Shown here piece after piece: positions 1 through 10,755 of a stretch of DNA of 64,000 nt. The notes below the pieces were generated by a model that was not told the origin of the DNA, did not search any database, and saw only the letters and a list, made by a program, of their open reading frames with translations. Source of the DNA: Tolypothrix carrinoi HA7290-LM1 (GTDB taxonomy: Bacteria; Cyanobacteriota; Cyanobacteriia; Cyanobacteriales; Nostocaceae); assembly GCA_019358935.1 (NCBI GenBank), contig JAHHIK010000028.1, positions 9,186-73,185 on the forward strand, written 5' to 3'. Position 1 is the stretch's first letter. The number at the start of each line of letters is the position of its first letter. Position numbers and translations under genes: made by a program.

Positions 1-43
1 CAACAAGTGCGATCGCTTATCGAAGCTGTTCAAGAAGAACAAG

Positions 44-280
44 GGAGTGGGGACTAGGGACTAGAGGGAGACAAGGGAGACAAGGGAGACAAGGGAGACA
101 AGGGAGACAAGGGAGACAAGGGAGATGGGGGAGATGGGGAAGACAAGGCAGACAAGGCAGACAAGGGAGATGGGGAAGACAAGGGAGAAATTTTTTCTTG
201 TCCCCCTTGTCCCCCTTGTCCCCCTTGTCCCCCTTGTCCCCCTTGTCCCCACTCCCCACTCCCCACTCCCCACTCCCCAC
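44..280. repeat. STRR-type short tandem repeats (GACAAGGGA / CCCCTTGTC / CCCCACT tracts)
   Basis: Tandem 7-9 bp units in inverted blocks; they explain the spurious low-complexity ORFs here. Confidence 0.9.
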
Positions 281-288
281 TTCCAGTC

Positions 289-801
289 TTAAGGTATATT
301 CAAACGCTGTCCAGAACGGTCATAGACAGAAATATCCCACTGTCCATTGAGAGTAGACTCAAAGGAGATTCTACTTGCATCAGCGCTGATTGTCGGGTTG
401 CGGACTTCCGCTTGAAGATTAGCAGTTAAATTGCGCGATTGTCGCGTTTCCCGGTCATAAAGAAATATAGCCGATCGCCCTTGACGAGAAGCTGCAAAGA
501 CAATAAAACGACCATTATCGTCAACACTAGGATGAGAAGCGATCGCATCCAAAGAATTTAAACCAGGCAAATCAATTAAATTGCTAGTCACCATATCAAA
601 CATATACACATCCTGGCTGCCCCGGCGATCGCTAGTAAAAACAATATACCTACCCGAAATTTGCGGATTTAATTCCGAAGCTGAACTGTTAAAACTTCTA
701 CCCCCCGGATCAAAAGGGTAACTTAACAAGCGAGGATAGCCAACACAGCCACTCAACAAGCCTGTTAATGCCAACACAGGTATAAAAATAGAGCGTTTCA
801 T
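289..801 (-). CDS. TolB-like (PD40 repeat) lipoprotein
   Basis: Lipobox LSGC; PD40-like motifs (PQISGRYIVFTSDR, PTISADASRISF). Confidence 0.85.
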   Translation of the reverse strand: MKRSIFIPVLALTGLLSGCVGYPRLLSYPFDPGGRSFNSSASELNPQISGRYIVFTSDRRGSQDVYMFDMVTSNLIDLPGLNSLDAIASHPSVDDNGRFIVFAASRQGRSAIFLYDRETRQSRNLTANLQAEVRNPTISADASRISFESTLNGQWDISVYDRSGQRLNIP

Positions 802-933
802 ATATTAGTCAAAAGTCAAGAGTTAGGAGTTAAGAGTTAGGAGTTAGGAGTTAAGAGTTAAGAGTTATTCTCCCTTGTCTCCCTTGCCCCCTTGTCTCCC
901 TTGTCCCCCCATCCCCCCATCTCCCCCTCCCCC

Positions 934-1491
934 TCAAGGTGCAGGCACAGTTGCACCATTAGGAATATCTAACTCAATATTTGGTCCCCGGTCTAGTACT
1001 TCAATATCCCACTGACCGCGACTGGCAGTTTCAAATACGACATAACGTCCGTCTGGGCTGAGATGAGGATTTCTGAGCCAGCCGCGATAGATTGGGGTGA
1101 GGATTTGCGATTGTTGCGTAGCGCGATCGTAAAGTGCCACAACTGGTCTACCTTGGTCGCTAGTAATGTAAGCAATATAACGCCCTGTGTAGCTCAGACT
1201 TGGACTTTCAGCAATTGTATCTGCTCGATTTAAACGCGGTGTGGGAATAAACTGTTGCTGTTGCAAGTCATACACCAATAGTTGGTGAACACCATTGCGA
1301 TTTGAGACAAACGCTAAAAAGCGACCATTTCCACTCAAAGTCGGTTGCTCTTCAGTGTAGCGACTGTTGAGGGAATTGGAAGCAAAGGGGATAACGCCGG
1401 AATCACAGGATACAAGTAAGCTTGTGAAGCTATAGATAAAACTCCAATAAAACGGTCTTTGGAGCCAATTTTTAGGTGTAAATTTTGTCAC
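934..1491 (-). CDS. TolB-like (PD40 repeat) protein, paralog of 289..801
   Basis: PTLSGNGRFLAFVSNR, PHLSPDGRYVVFE; shares GQWDI motif with neighbour. Confidence 0.85.
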   Translation of the reverse strand: MTKFTPKNWLQRPFYWSFIYSFTSLLVSCDSGVIPFASNSLNSRYTEEQPTLSGNGRFLAFVSNRNGVHQLLVYDLQQQQFIPTPRLNRADTIAESPSLSYTGRYIAYITSDQGRPVVALYDRATQQSQILTPIYRGWLRNPHLSPDGRYVVFETASRGQWDIEVLDRGPNIELDIPNGATVPAP

Positions 1492-1538
1492 CTCAAATGT
1501 TTTTCATCGCAATTTTTGCGACATTCACCTAAGCTTTA

Positions 1539-2486
1539 TTAAATATCATCAAATTTAGTCGAATTATCGGACTCTTCATCTGGCTGTTCCAGAGGTTTGT
1601 AATCTACGTATTCAGTTGGTGTTGCATCATCTTCGCGTTCTCTACGCACAGGTGAGTCATTAGGCGTTAGCGTTCGCGTAGCGTCTTTGCCAGGAGAAGC
1701 TCCTCCTCCGGAGGCTCGCCTTCTTCTGGCTCTGGGAGTCTCATCTTCAGTGCGAGTTTCCGGGCGGGAATTAGCATTACCACCACGACGCGCAGGTTTT
1801 CTCACCTCACCAGTATTGTCCCAGTCATCAACTTTTTGCCGAGAAGAAGAACTCCATTCATCATCCTCAGTTCTTTCTGGGGTACGATTTACAGTCCGCC
1901 GCGAACTAGGACGACGCGGTTTGTCTGTGGTTTCTGGTCTTTCGCGAGTATTACGGCGTTCCGAACGACGTGGTGCTTCATCACTGTAATAATCATCGTT
2001 TCTAGAGCGATCGTCCCTACTACCCCGAATCCGAGCGCGTGGGCGTTCCGTCTCATAATCATCATAAGGCAGTGGTTCTAGCTCTGCATCCACCTCAGCC
2101 TTATAGCGCCGATTATAAGAATAGTTATCGCTGACATCTCGACCATCATCGACAATTTTCGTATTCCGCTTGGCTTGCTCAGTCGCAATACCCCGCAAGC
2201 GAATACTTTCAACTGCAAAAAACACAGTTGTACCAACCAAAAGTAGCTGACCAAATTGCAAAATCGGGTCTAATCGCCATCCTTGGAAGATAAGAATAAA
2301 ACCGCACAGCAAGCCCACCGCTGCAAAAAAGATATCTTGGTCTCTTGACAGTTCTGGACGCACAGAGCGGAGAAAATACAGAGCTGCCCCAGCCACAGCC
2401 AGGAAAATTCCTAGGAAAGTGGCTGGAGTTGCTCCCACATTTACCTGAGCCAGGAAACTGGCTGAGTTCAGCCCAAAATTTATCAT
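1539..2486 (-). CDS. ycf66: Ycf66 family protein
   Basis: LYFLRSVRPELSRDQDIFFAAVGLLCGFILIFQGWRLDPILQFGQ signature; long charged C-terminal tail. Confidence 0.9.
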   Translation of the reverse strand: MINFGLNSASFLAQVNVGATPATFLGIFLAVAGAALYFLRSVRPELSRDQDIFFAAVGLLCGFILIFQGWRLDPILQFGQLLLVGTTVFFAVESIRLRGIATEQAKRNTKIVDDGRDVSDNYSYNRRYKAEVDAELEPLPYDDYETERPRARIRGSRDDRSRNDDYYSDEAPRRSERRNTRERPETTDKPRRPSSRRTVNRTPERTEDDEWSSSSRQKVDDWDNTGEVRKPARRGGNANSRPETRTEDETPRARRRRASGGGASPGKDATRTLTPNDSPVRREREDDATPTEYVDYKPLEQPDEESDNSTKFDDI

Positions 2487-2734
2487 TGGTATTTTCCTAA
2501 TATCACATCTATGTTAGCGATTAAAATCACTACTCTAATCAGGGACAAAATATTAATGTAGAGACGCGATCAAGTCACGTCTCTACATTCAGAATATGTA
2601 TCTGCTAGCTAAGTATACCTTTGACTAGCATTTAAGGAATCAATGTTCCGATTGCAACCAGGTATTTCGCTAACAAATAATTGCTTGTGAGAGTAAAGAC
2701 GCGACCGGTCGCGTCTCTACTCCTGCAAGTGTTC

Positions 2735-2851
2735 TTAACGCTGGATTTTATCTTTTTGGCTAATAAAAATCAGACCAACAGTCGCCGGAACAACGACAAT
2801 TACTGTACCCAAGACAAGACTCCAAAGGAAATTTGCTAAAGAAGGCGTCAT
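2735..2851 (-). CDS. psbX: Photosystem II reaction centre protein X (not in the ORF track)
   Basis: Manual translation [38 protein letters not shown]; lies directly upstream of ycf66. Confidence 0.93.
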   Translation of the reverse strand: MTPSLANFLWSLVLGTVIVVVPATVGLIFISQKDKIQR

Positions 2852-3219
2852 AGATTTCAACATGAATTTACACTCTTCATCATAATTCTAATGTTGTATC
2901 AGTTCCTTGAAAAGCCTCCAAGCATTAACTCCTAAACTTAGTGACGAAGTTAACAAATAATTAAATCAACTGCGCTAGCATGTTCGGTTATCTAACCACG
3001 CGGACGAGTCAAAGCTTGTGGTTATGGCGCTTTGGATTTAGATAAAATATCATAAACACGACTAGCAGCACGCAATCAACTGAGTATCCATTAGGGCTTT
3101 ACCATTACAAACTCAGAGTAATTTAGTATAAATCCCTCTCAGTGATTGAAATAAAATTATAAACAGTGCTTTACAAAGCTTAAAATTTTTTCTTTCTGCA
3201 CGGAGAGTAGCTCAAACCG

Positions 3220-3510
3220 ATGACTGGTGTTAACCTTACTGATTTGATTCTCAGTCTACTATTGGGACTGATGATATTGTTGTTTATTTTCCGGATAATT
3301 CTTACCTGGTATCCCCAAGTAGATTTAAATCGTTTGCCCTTTAATCTGGTTGCTTGGCCCACCGAACCGTTCTTAGTGCCATTGCGTCATATTGTACAAC
3401 CGATCGGCGGAGTAGACATTACGCCGATCATCTGGGTAGGAATTCTCAGTTTGTTGCGAGAAATTCTTCTAGGTCAGCAAGGGTTGCTGACCATGATGTT
3501 TCGTGTATAG
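3220..3510 (+). CDS. YggT/Ycf19 family membrane protein
   Basis: RIILTWYP...TEPFLVPLR..VQPIGGVDITPI motif. Confidence 0.9.
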   Translation: MTGVNLTDLILSLLLGLMILLFIFRIILTWYPQVDLNRLPFNLVAWPTEPFLVPLRHIVQPIGGVDITPIIWVGILSLLREILLGQQGLLTMMFRV

Positions 3511-3656
3511 TCGAAAATTGGGCATGGGGCATGGGGCATTGGGCATGGGGCATTGGTAATTATTTTTATTCCCCATTCCCCATTACCCATTACCCATTAC
3601 CCATTCCCCATTACCCATTCCCCATTACCCATGCCCCATGCCCCATGCCCCATTCC

Positions 3657-5003
3657 CTAGCTATTATTCATCTCCTGGATAAAATTGGTATAAACATTAC
3701 CTGACAAAAACTGGGGAGTTTCCATAATTTTTTGATGAAAGCCGATAGTTGTAGGTAATCCGGTAATTGCACATTCGCGTAATGCGCGTTTCATGCGGTT
3801 AATAGCTGTTTGGCGGTCTGGTCCCCAAACAATTAATTTGCCGATAAGCGAATCGTAGTAGGGAGGAATTTGGTAATCGGTGTAAACGTGGGAATCAATG
3901 CGAACACCGGGACCTCCAGGGGGGAGATAGCCGCTGATACGTCCGGGGGCTGGGCGAAAGTCATGGTCGGGGTCTTCAGCGTTGATGCGACATTCGATCG
4001 CATGACCTCGCAGAACTACTTGCTCTTGATTAATCTTGAGTCTTTCCCCTTGAGCAATCCGAATTTGTTCGCAAACCAAGTCTATGCCGGTAATCATCTC
4101 CGTAACTGGATGTTCAACTTGAATCCGGGTGTTCATTTCCATAAAGTAGAATTTACCGGATTTATCCAAGAGAAACTCGATTGTACCTGCTCCAGTGAAG
4201 TTGATAAACTGGGCAGCTTTGACGGCAGCTTCTCCCATTTTTTCTCGCAAATCTGGGTCTAAAGCAGGGCTGGGAGCTTCTTCTAGTAGCTTTTGATTGC
4301 GACGCTGAATTGAGCAATCCCGTTCGCCTAGGTGGATGACATTACCGTAATTATCCGCCAGAATTTGAAATTCAATGTGGCGCGGACGTTCGATAAATTT
4401 TTCTATATAAACGCCAGAATTACCAAAAGCGGCTCCGGCTTCGCCTTGTGCTGCTAGAAAAAGTTTGACAAATTCGCTTTCATGTTGTACCAAACGCATA
4501 CCGCGTCCACCACCACCAGCTGTGGCTTTAACCATCACTGGATAGCCAATATGTGAAGCGATCGCTAATCCTTCTTCCTCAGACTCTACCAACCCGTCAC
4601 TTCCCGGTACAGTCGGAACCCCGGCTTTTTGCATGGTTTCTTTTGCCGTTGATTTATCCCCCATTAAGCGAATCGCTTCCGCAGATGGACCAATAAATGC
4701 AATATGATGATCTGCACAAATTTCTGCAAACCTGGCATTTTCTGACAAAAAGCCATAACCCGGATGAATCGCAGTAGCATTGCGCGTCAGTGCCGCAGCA
4801 ATAATATTGGGAATATTCAAATAACTTTTACCGCTGGCAGGTTCGCCAATGCAAACCGCTTCGTCGGCAAGCTGGACGTGGAGAGCATTACGATCAACTG
4901 TAGAGTGAACTGCAACAGTAGCAATCCCCATTTCCTCACAGGCACGGAGAATGCGAAGTGCAATTTCTCCTCGATTGGCAATTAATATTTTATCAAACTT
5001 CAT
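3657..5003 (-). CDS. accC: Acetyl-CoA carboxylase biotin carboxylase subunit
   Basis: [43 protein letters not shown]. Confidence 0.98.
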   Translation of the reverse strand: MKFDKILIANRGEIALRILRACEEMGIATVAVHSTVDRNALHVQLADEAVCIGEPASGKSYLNIPNIIAAALTRNATAIHPGYGFLSENARFAEICADHHIAFIGPSAEAIRLMGDKSTAKETMQKAGVPTVPGSDGLVESEEEGLAIASHIGYPVMVKATAGGGGRGMRLVQHESEFVKLFLAAQGEAGAAFGNSGVYIEKFIERPRHIEFQILADNYGNVIHLGERDCSIQRRNQKLLEEAPSPALDPDLREKMGEAAVKAAQFINFTGAGTIEFLLDKSGKFYFMEMNTRIQVEHPVTEMITGIDLVCEQIRIAQGERLKINQEQVVLRGHAIECRINAEDPDHDFRPAPGRISGYLPPGGPGVRIDSHVYTDYQIPPYYDSLIGKLIVWGPDRQTAINRMKRALRECAITGLPTTIGFHQKIMETPQFLSGNVYTNFIQEMNNS

Positions 5004-5139
5004 CTTCTAGCTTCGATATCAGTACCAGTAGATTGACATTCTCTCCTATTCAATTTGAAACAACGCTTTCGTGTTATTGCAAATTATGACAAGAGATTCC
5101 CAAGCCTCATTCATAGTGAGCGTTGCGAGAACGATGAGG

Positions 5140-5330
5140 CTGACTACCTCTACGGGTCTTAACTAGACTAGCAACACGAATGTTATTAATCTATGTCAGT
5201 TTGCCGAGTCAAGGCAGTAAAAGCAAGCGTTTTTTGTGCGGTTCCGCTTCCCGGTGGAAGCTTCTTGGCAGCACTTCTCTATCGCACCCCATTTAATATC
5301 TCTTGTGCAACTGCTAAATTTCTGTCAGTC
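5140..5330 (-). ncRNA. ssrS: Probable cyanobacterial 6S RNA (6Sa); ends approximate
   Basis: Minus strand reads GCGATAGAGAAGTGCTGCCAA..CCACCGG..CGGAACCGCAC..GCTTTTACTGCCTTGACTCGGCAAAC, resembling the recalled cyanobacterial 6Sa core; the 5' and 3' arms can pair into a long rod. Confidence 0.7.
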
Positions 5331-5452
5331 TGATATCCGCATTCGGAAAATTTTTGAATCCGTACACTTAAATAAATTAAATTTTTGGGAAATTAGCTCT
5401 TACTTTACTATATTTGTTTTTTTATGCTATATTCTATCTTCAGACAACTTAT

Positions 5453-5535
5453 GCGGATGTGGCGGAATTGGTATACGCGCACGCTTGAGGTGCGTGTGGG
5501 CAATGCCCTTGCGAGTTCGAGTCTCACCATCCGCA
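5453..5535 (+). tRNA. trnL: tRNA-Leu(GAG)
   Basis: Acceptor stem GCGGATG/CATCCGC; D arm GGAATTGGTATAC; anticodon arm CACGC-TTGAGGT-GCGTG; long variable arm; GTTCGAGT T-loop. Confidence 0.96.
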
Positions 5536-5748
5536 TTTTTTCATATGAAGTTAGGAGTTGTAGAGACGTTCCAGTGGAACGTCTGTACGGGAGGCGCGGA
5601 GGCGCGGAGTTATTACTCCCCCTTGTCCTCCTTGTCCCCTTGTCCCCCTAGTCCCCCACTCCCCCCACCTCCCCACCAGGGCGGTGGTTTTTTTATGCTT
5701 TTGTGTTTTTTATGCTTTTATATAGATAGGTGAAGTTTTGTAAAAACG

Positions 5749-6375
5749 TTGACTGCTACTTTTAAATCGACAAATAACTTAACAATACCCGCAGGATGGC
5801 ATCGCCTCTCCCCCATTTGGCAAGGTGACGCACAAGCCATTCAAAAAGGTCTACCTCACACTCAGCTAGCACCAACTTGGCAAATGCTACTTTTGGGTGA
5901 CGGTTCCCCCACACGGCACTTAGAATTGCTTACAGGTGAGCCAACGGAAGTGGATGTAATTGACATGTCATTAGTTGGCATGGACTTGGATAATGCTCCC
6001 GACTTAATTGAAGCTGTCCCAGGACCTAGACTGCGGCGACAAGTTTGGCTGCGTACCGCTTCTGGTCAAAGATTGGCGTATGCTACCTCATGGTGGGAAG
6101 CTTCTCACGTAGATGAGTATTTGCAAAACCGTTCATTACCTATTTGGGCTAGTTTGGCTCGTCTCCGCACAGAGTTATATCGCGATGTGCAAGGAGTTTA
6201 TTACGGTTACTCAGATGCGCTACAGTCAGGTTTTGGTGTCAATGGACCTTTTTGGGGTCGTCACTATTTGTTTTGGCATCACGGACAGCCTCTGACTTTA
6301 ATTTATGAAGTTTTTTCGCCTTACTTAACAAAATATTTGGGATCGATGCAGGTGACTGCTAATGGTAAGGTTTAG
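5749..6375 (+). CDS. Chorismate lyase-like protein (UbiC/Ycf21, DUF98)
   Basis: LLLGDGSPTRHL, RRQVWL, YATSWW, LIYEVFSP. Confidence 0.88.
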   Translation: MTATFKSTNNLTIPAGWHRLSPIWQGDAQAIQKGLPHTQLAPTWQMLLLGDGSPTRHLELLTGEPTEVDVIDMSLVGMDLDNAPDLIEAVPGPRLRRQVWLRTASGQRLAYATSWWEASHVDEYLQNRSLPIWASLARLRTELYRDVQGVYYGYSDALQSGFGVNGPFWGRHYLFWHHGQPLTLIYEVFSPYLTKYLGSMQVTANGKV

Positions 6376-7098
6376 TGCTACGCAGGTGGAGAATTAAAAA
6401 TTAAAAATTATTTTGGCGTCGCTAATTTCTTCTTTTCTAGCGAATCTTGGCAATATATGATATAATAAGCGCCTTTAATTAGTGATAAGAAAAGATTTTT
6501 GTAGTAAGGACTGAAGTCCTTATCTTAGAAGATGAGGACTTCAGTCCTCACTACGAACTCATCAAAGCAATTTAGGGATTATTTCTGGGAAAATTATTCT
6601 ACAAGTAATGAATATTTAATTTTTGATGATTTAAAAATAATTGCTAGTTATCACCAAAAAAATCAGGCTGGTTTGGGATATGCGATCGCTCAATACTAAG
6701 ATATATGAGCAAAAGTCAGTTCAGATTCGCAAAAAGAGAGGAAATGGCTTTTGGTAATTGTAAACAACTCAAGTCAGAGTGAGTTTTCAAAGCTTTTGAA
6801 CAAAAAGCTTTTCAGACAAGGGTTATTTCAGCAGCGCATTATCTACGATTGCTATCTGTGATACAAAGAATTGAGGTGAAGAGCGATCGAAGAGTGATAA
6901 ATTTAACGCTAAAAGTCACACTGACTTACAGGTGATTCAACCAGTTGATAACACTGTTTATTTCTTTACATGGTAAAATTTTGTCAGTGATGGTGTAAAC
7001 GTCAATTAATAATTTGACTACCTAATAAATTTTTGGGGCACGTATAATATATTATATGCTCTTAAACAATAACGTAGGAAGTGACATAAATTAAACTT

Positions 7099-7851
7099 AT
7101 GCAAATAAACAACTCAGACAAAAATGACGATTATAAATACTATAGCAATACTCATCTTGAGTATGTAAACAATAATATTAACACTGAATCAAATTATTTT
7201 TCTTGTGTCTGGGATGAAATTTTAAGAGATATTAATATTCATAATTTATTAGATATGGGGTGTGGTACAGGTATATTTTCTTGTAATTTAAAGTCGAGAA
7301 TATCAGGAAAATTAATTGGTGTTGATGGCAGCAATTATGGTTTGGAAAAAGCAAAAGAAAAAGGGTTTGATGAACTATACAGAGTTGAAGACTTTTGTAG
7401 CCAGTCATTGCCTTTAGCAAACGAGAGTGTTGATTTTGTGCTGTGTAAAGATGTTTTTGAACATCTTTTAGATCCCCTTCATTTATTATTAGAAATTCAG
7501 CGTGTTTTAACGCCGGGAGGTTATCTTTTAACACATGTACCTAATCACTTTCCTATTAATGGTCGTTGGAAGTTTCTATTTACTAATAAAATAGACACTT
7601 TTAACTATTTCCCTGGCTCAAATGCTTGGAATTTTCCTCATATAAGATTTTATAATTATGAAAGTCTTTTAGATTTTTTGGCACAGGCTAACTTGAAATT
7701 GGTTGAAAATTATAGTGGATTTTTTCCGAAGCTTCCTATATTAGATAAATTATTGCGGTATGTTATACCAAAATATTTAACAAGAAAGCTGGTAAATAGT
7801 AATCCTTCGCAGTTTGCTGAAGGCTTAACGGTACTTGTTAAGAAAGAGTAG
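7099..7851 (+). CDS. Class I SAM-dependent methyltransferase (Methyltransf_11/23 type)
   Basis: LLDMGCGTG motif I, DVFEHLLDP, LTPGG; very AT-rich. Confidence 0.85.
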   Translation: MQINNSDKNDDYKYYSNTHLEYVNNNINTESNYFSCVWDEILRDINIHNLLDMGCGTGIFSCNLKSRISGKLIGVDGSNYGLEKAKEKGFDELYRVEDFCSQSLPLANESVDFVLCKDVFEHLLDPLHLLLEIQRVLTPGGYLLTHVPNHFPINGRWKFLFTNKIDTFNYFPGSNAWNFPHIRFYNYESLLDFLAQANLKLVENYSGFFPKLPILDKLLRYVIPKYLTRKLVNSNPSQFAEGLTVLVKKE

Positions 7852-8707
7852 GCTTGTCTGCATTACTGAGAATTTTTTGCAATAACTTTCAATAATTCGC
7901 AACAAGTAGCCAAGCTAGAAAACGTCGAATTTAGCAGATGTGGCAGCTGGCTTTTCACTTTTATGTGGAAAACTCAGAGTGGTTCGCGAATAATATCCGC
8001 AAACAAAATTACTACTCATCTTTATATTTATAAGTATCTTCGACTAAATCTTTTAAACAGTTGACAGTTTCAATTGAAAGGTCTAGCGCTTCGATCTGGC
8101 ATTCAAGTTAGCTTTAGTACCAGCGTTGCCTAAAAGCTTATATCAAGAATTGCCATTAGCCTTAGTGGTGAATATTCGTTCAAAAGCTTGTATTTTCTAA
8201 TACTAAGAAACAGACCTATAAGTAAAAGTTCCCGGTAATATCAGATAAGTTCCAATACAACCAACGAAAAGTTATGTCAAAATAGGGCGTGAGGCAGCTA
8301 AACACTTGCAGCTTTGTCAAGTTAAGTATATCTTCATAGTGCTTGACGTGACGAATTTATCGCCCGGACACTTTCTAATGGCTCTCACCGTCCAATCTAC
8401 GAGAATCTACCTGTTGTCGGGGTGAAAGCTGCTTTCACGCTTTGTGCGGGCATCGTCGGGGTAAAAAGCGCAACCGTCGTCCAAAATTAAGCGCATACTG
8501 TAAAAAAGGGTAACTCGCTACAAAAGCACCACTAATGAAACAGTAGTAATTTGAGAAAACAATGCTTTATGTCGATTACCAAAGTATTAATAACTCTCAG
8601 TAAAGAGAAACCAATGTAATTAACTGTCCTGAAGAAGAGTAAACCTTTTAGTTTACTGTACCAATCAAGCAAATAATGAGTTCGCAATTATGAGGTGTTA
8701 GGTTTCA

Positions 8708-10441
8708 ATGGCACTACCTGTTGTATCTGTCTTATCAACGCAGAAAAAAAAGAAACCGTCTTTAGTGCTGACGCTTTCATCTGCCGGGTTGTTGATTGGT
8801 GTGGGGAGTGCAGCATTCTGGCTTTTAACTCAGGGAAAATTATTTTCCAGAGATTTGCCAGTGGGTGCAAATATTATCCCTCAAGATGCCTTATTTGCGG
8901 TTTCTTTAACCACCGATGCCAGTCAATGGCAGAAATTGCGCTCTTTTGGCACAAAAGAAACCCAAGGAGAACTAGATAAGTATTTAGTGGAGTTGCGCGA
9001 TCGCTTTCTCACTAATAACGGCTACGATTTCCAAAAAGATATCAGTCCTTGGGTAGGCAATGAAGTCACAATTGCCATTCTTGCCCCAGACATGAAAAAA
9101 AATGCACCTACTGATGGAAGTGGTGCTACTAAAGAACAGTCGATGGTGATGGTTTTGCCAATAAAAAACCCACAAAGTGCTAAAACCATCTTGGCACAAC
9201 CCAAAATGCTCAAAGGTGGCAAATTAGTCGATCGCACCTATCAAGGAATTGCCATCAAACAAACTGAAGGGCAAAGTAAAGAAAACTTTTCCGCTGCCGT
9301 ACTAGATCAACGTTTCTTAGTCATCACTGATAATCCTAAAGCCACAGAAAGAGCGATTGATGCTTATAAAAATAAAACAACACTCGCTACAACAGGCGGT
9401 TTTGCAGATAATTTCCCGAAAATCGCTAACTACCAACCTTTCGCCCAGTTTTATGTAAATGTGCCGATAGCTGCTAAAATAGCAGCCGCTTCTCCAAACC
9501 GTCCTTTACCCGCTCAAGTTTTGGCTCAACTTCAGAACAACCAAGGTTTAGCGGGGACAATTACCTTAGAGTCAGAAGGAATACGCTTAAAAGGTGTTTC
9601 TTGGCTAAATCCGAATAGTCAACGTACCCTAGCGGTAGAAAACAACGCTGGGAATATGCAAAACCGCTTACCAGCAGAAACTTTAATGATGCTTTCTGGG
9701 GGTAATCTTAAACGGTTGTGGGCAGATTATGTTTTAACATCTCACTCTAATCCAGTTTCGCCCATACCACCAGAAGCACTTAGAAGTGGAGTGAAATCAC
9801 TCACCAATAATGAACTTGATTTAGATCGGGATTTATTAAGTTGGATGGGTGGTGAGTTTTCGGTTTCGGTGATGCCATCGATTGCGAAAGAAGGTTATAA
9901 AGAAGATTTTCGTGCGGCATTTGTATTCATGGTACAAGCAAGCGATCGCGCTTATGCTGAAGCATCAATAAAACGTCTGGATGACATCATAAAAAATCAA
10001 TATCAATTCCAAATTCAACAAAACACAATCGCAGGTAAACCTGCTGTCAACTGGATTGCACCTTATGGAACCTTAACTGCTACCCACGGTTGGTTAGATA
10101 ATGATGTCGCTTACTTAGTTATGGGTGCCCCTGTTACCAATAAAATTGTTCCTAAACCCAACAATACATTAGCTAGTACTTTCCCATTCCAAAAAACAGT
10201 TCCCTCAGATCCTAATCCGACAAACGGTCAGTTTTTCTTAGATGTGGAACGCACGGTGAAAAATTTTCCTTTACCGACGTTGTTCTCCAATCAAGAAACT
10301 GTACTCGAAGCAACGCGCTCAATTGGCATAACATCTGCCGTCAGTGACAGTCGTAGTAACCGCTACGACATTTTTCTCGAATTAAAAAAAGGTGATAAAC
10401 CAGCACCTCTTCCGACTCCGACAATTACACCCACTCCGTAA
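8708..10441 (+). CDS. DUF3352 domain protein
   Basis: N-terminal transmembrane segment; GANIIPQDALF, DISPWVG, LDRDLLSWMGGEF motifs. Confidence 0.8.
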   Translation: MALPVVSVLSTQKKKKPSLVLTLSSAGLLIGVGSAAFWLLTQGKLFSRDLPVGANIIPQDALFAVSLTTDASQWQKLRSFGTKETQGELDKYLVELRDRFLTNNGYDFQKDISPWVGNEVTIAILAPDMKKNAPTDGSGATKEQSMVMVLPIKNPQSAKTILAQPKMLKGGKLVDRTYQGIAIKQTEGQSKENFSAAVLDQRFLVITDNPKATERAIDAYKNKTTLATTGGFADNFPKIANYQPFAQFYVNVPIAAKIAAASPNRPLPAQVLAQLQNNQGLAGTITLESEGIRLKGVSWLNPNSQRTLAVENNAGNMQNRLPAETLMMLSGGNLKRLWADYVLTSHSNPVSPIPPEALRSGVKSLTNNELDLDRDLLSWMGGEFSVSVMPSIAKEGYKEDFRAAFVFMVQASDRAYAEASIKRLDDIIKNQYQFQIQQNTIAGKPAVNWIAPYGTLTATHGWLDNDVAYLVMGAPVTNKIVPKPNNTLASTFPFQKTVPSDPNPTNGQFFLDVERTVKNFPLPTLFSNQETVLEATRSIGITSAVSDSRSNRYDIFLELKKGDKPAPLPTPTITPTP

Positions 10442-10755
10442 GGGAAGAGTTCTTGAGAGGGGGATGGGGAGAGAGGGGGAGAGGGGGAGCCAGCGCGTTG
10501 CGGAGGTTCCCTCCGTTGTAGCGACTGGCGTGGAGACAAGGGAGATGGGGGAGACAAGGAAGACGAAAAGACAAACTCCCCCTTGTCCCCACACCCGTCG
10601 CCCCCTGTCCCCACACCCGTCGCCCCTTGTCCCCACACCCGTCGCCCCCTGTCCCCCTGTCTCCTTCTCTCCTTGTCTCTATATTCTCCAGAAACAGATA
10701 GGATCAATAAAGTCAAAATCCATTTTTTATTTGAATCCACTGGGGAGAACACTGT

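Noticed and set aside
17..280. Three overlapping low-complexity ORFs (also 3354-3704, 10363-10901, 18175-18372, 53204-53638, 55317-55763, 59321-59609)
   Set aside because: They are translations of STRR tracts, with no coding evidence.
5236..5733. ORFs of 165 and 75 aa
   Set aside because: They overlap the tRNA-Leu, the probable 6S RNA and repeats.
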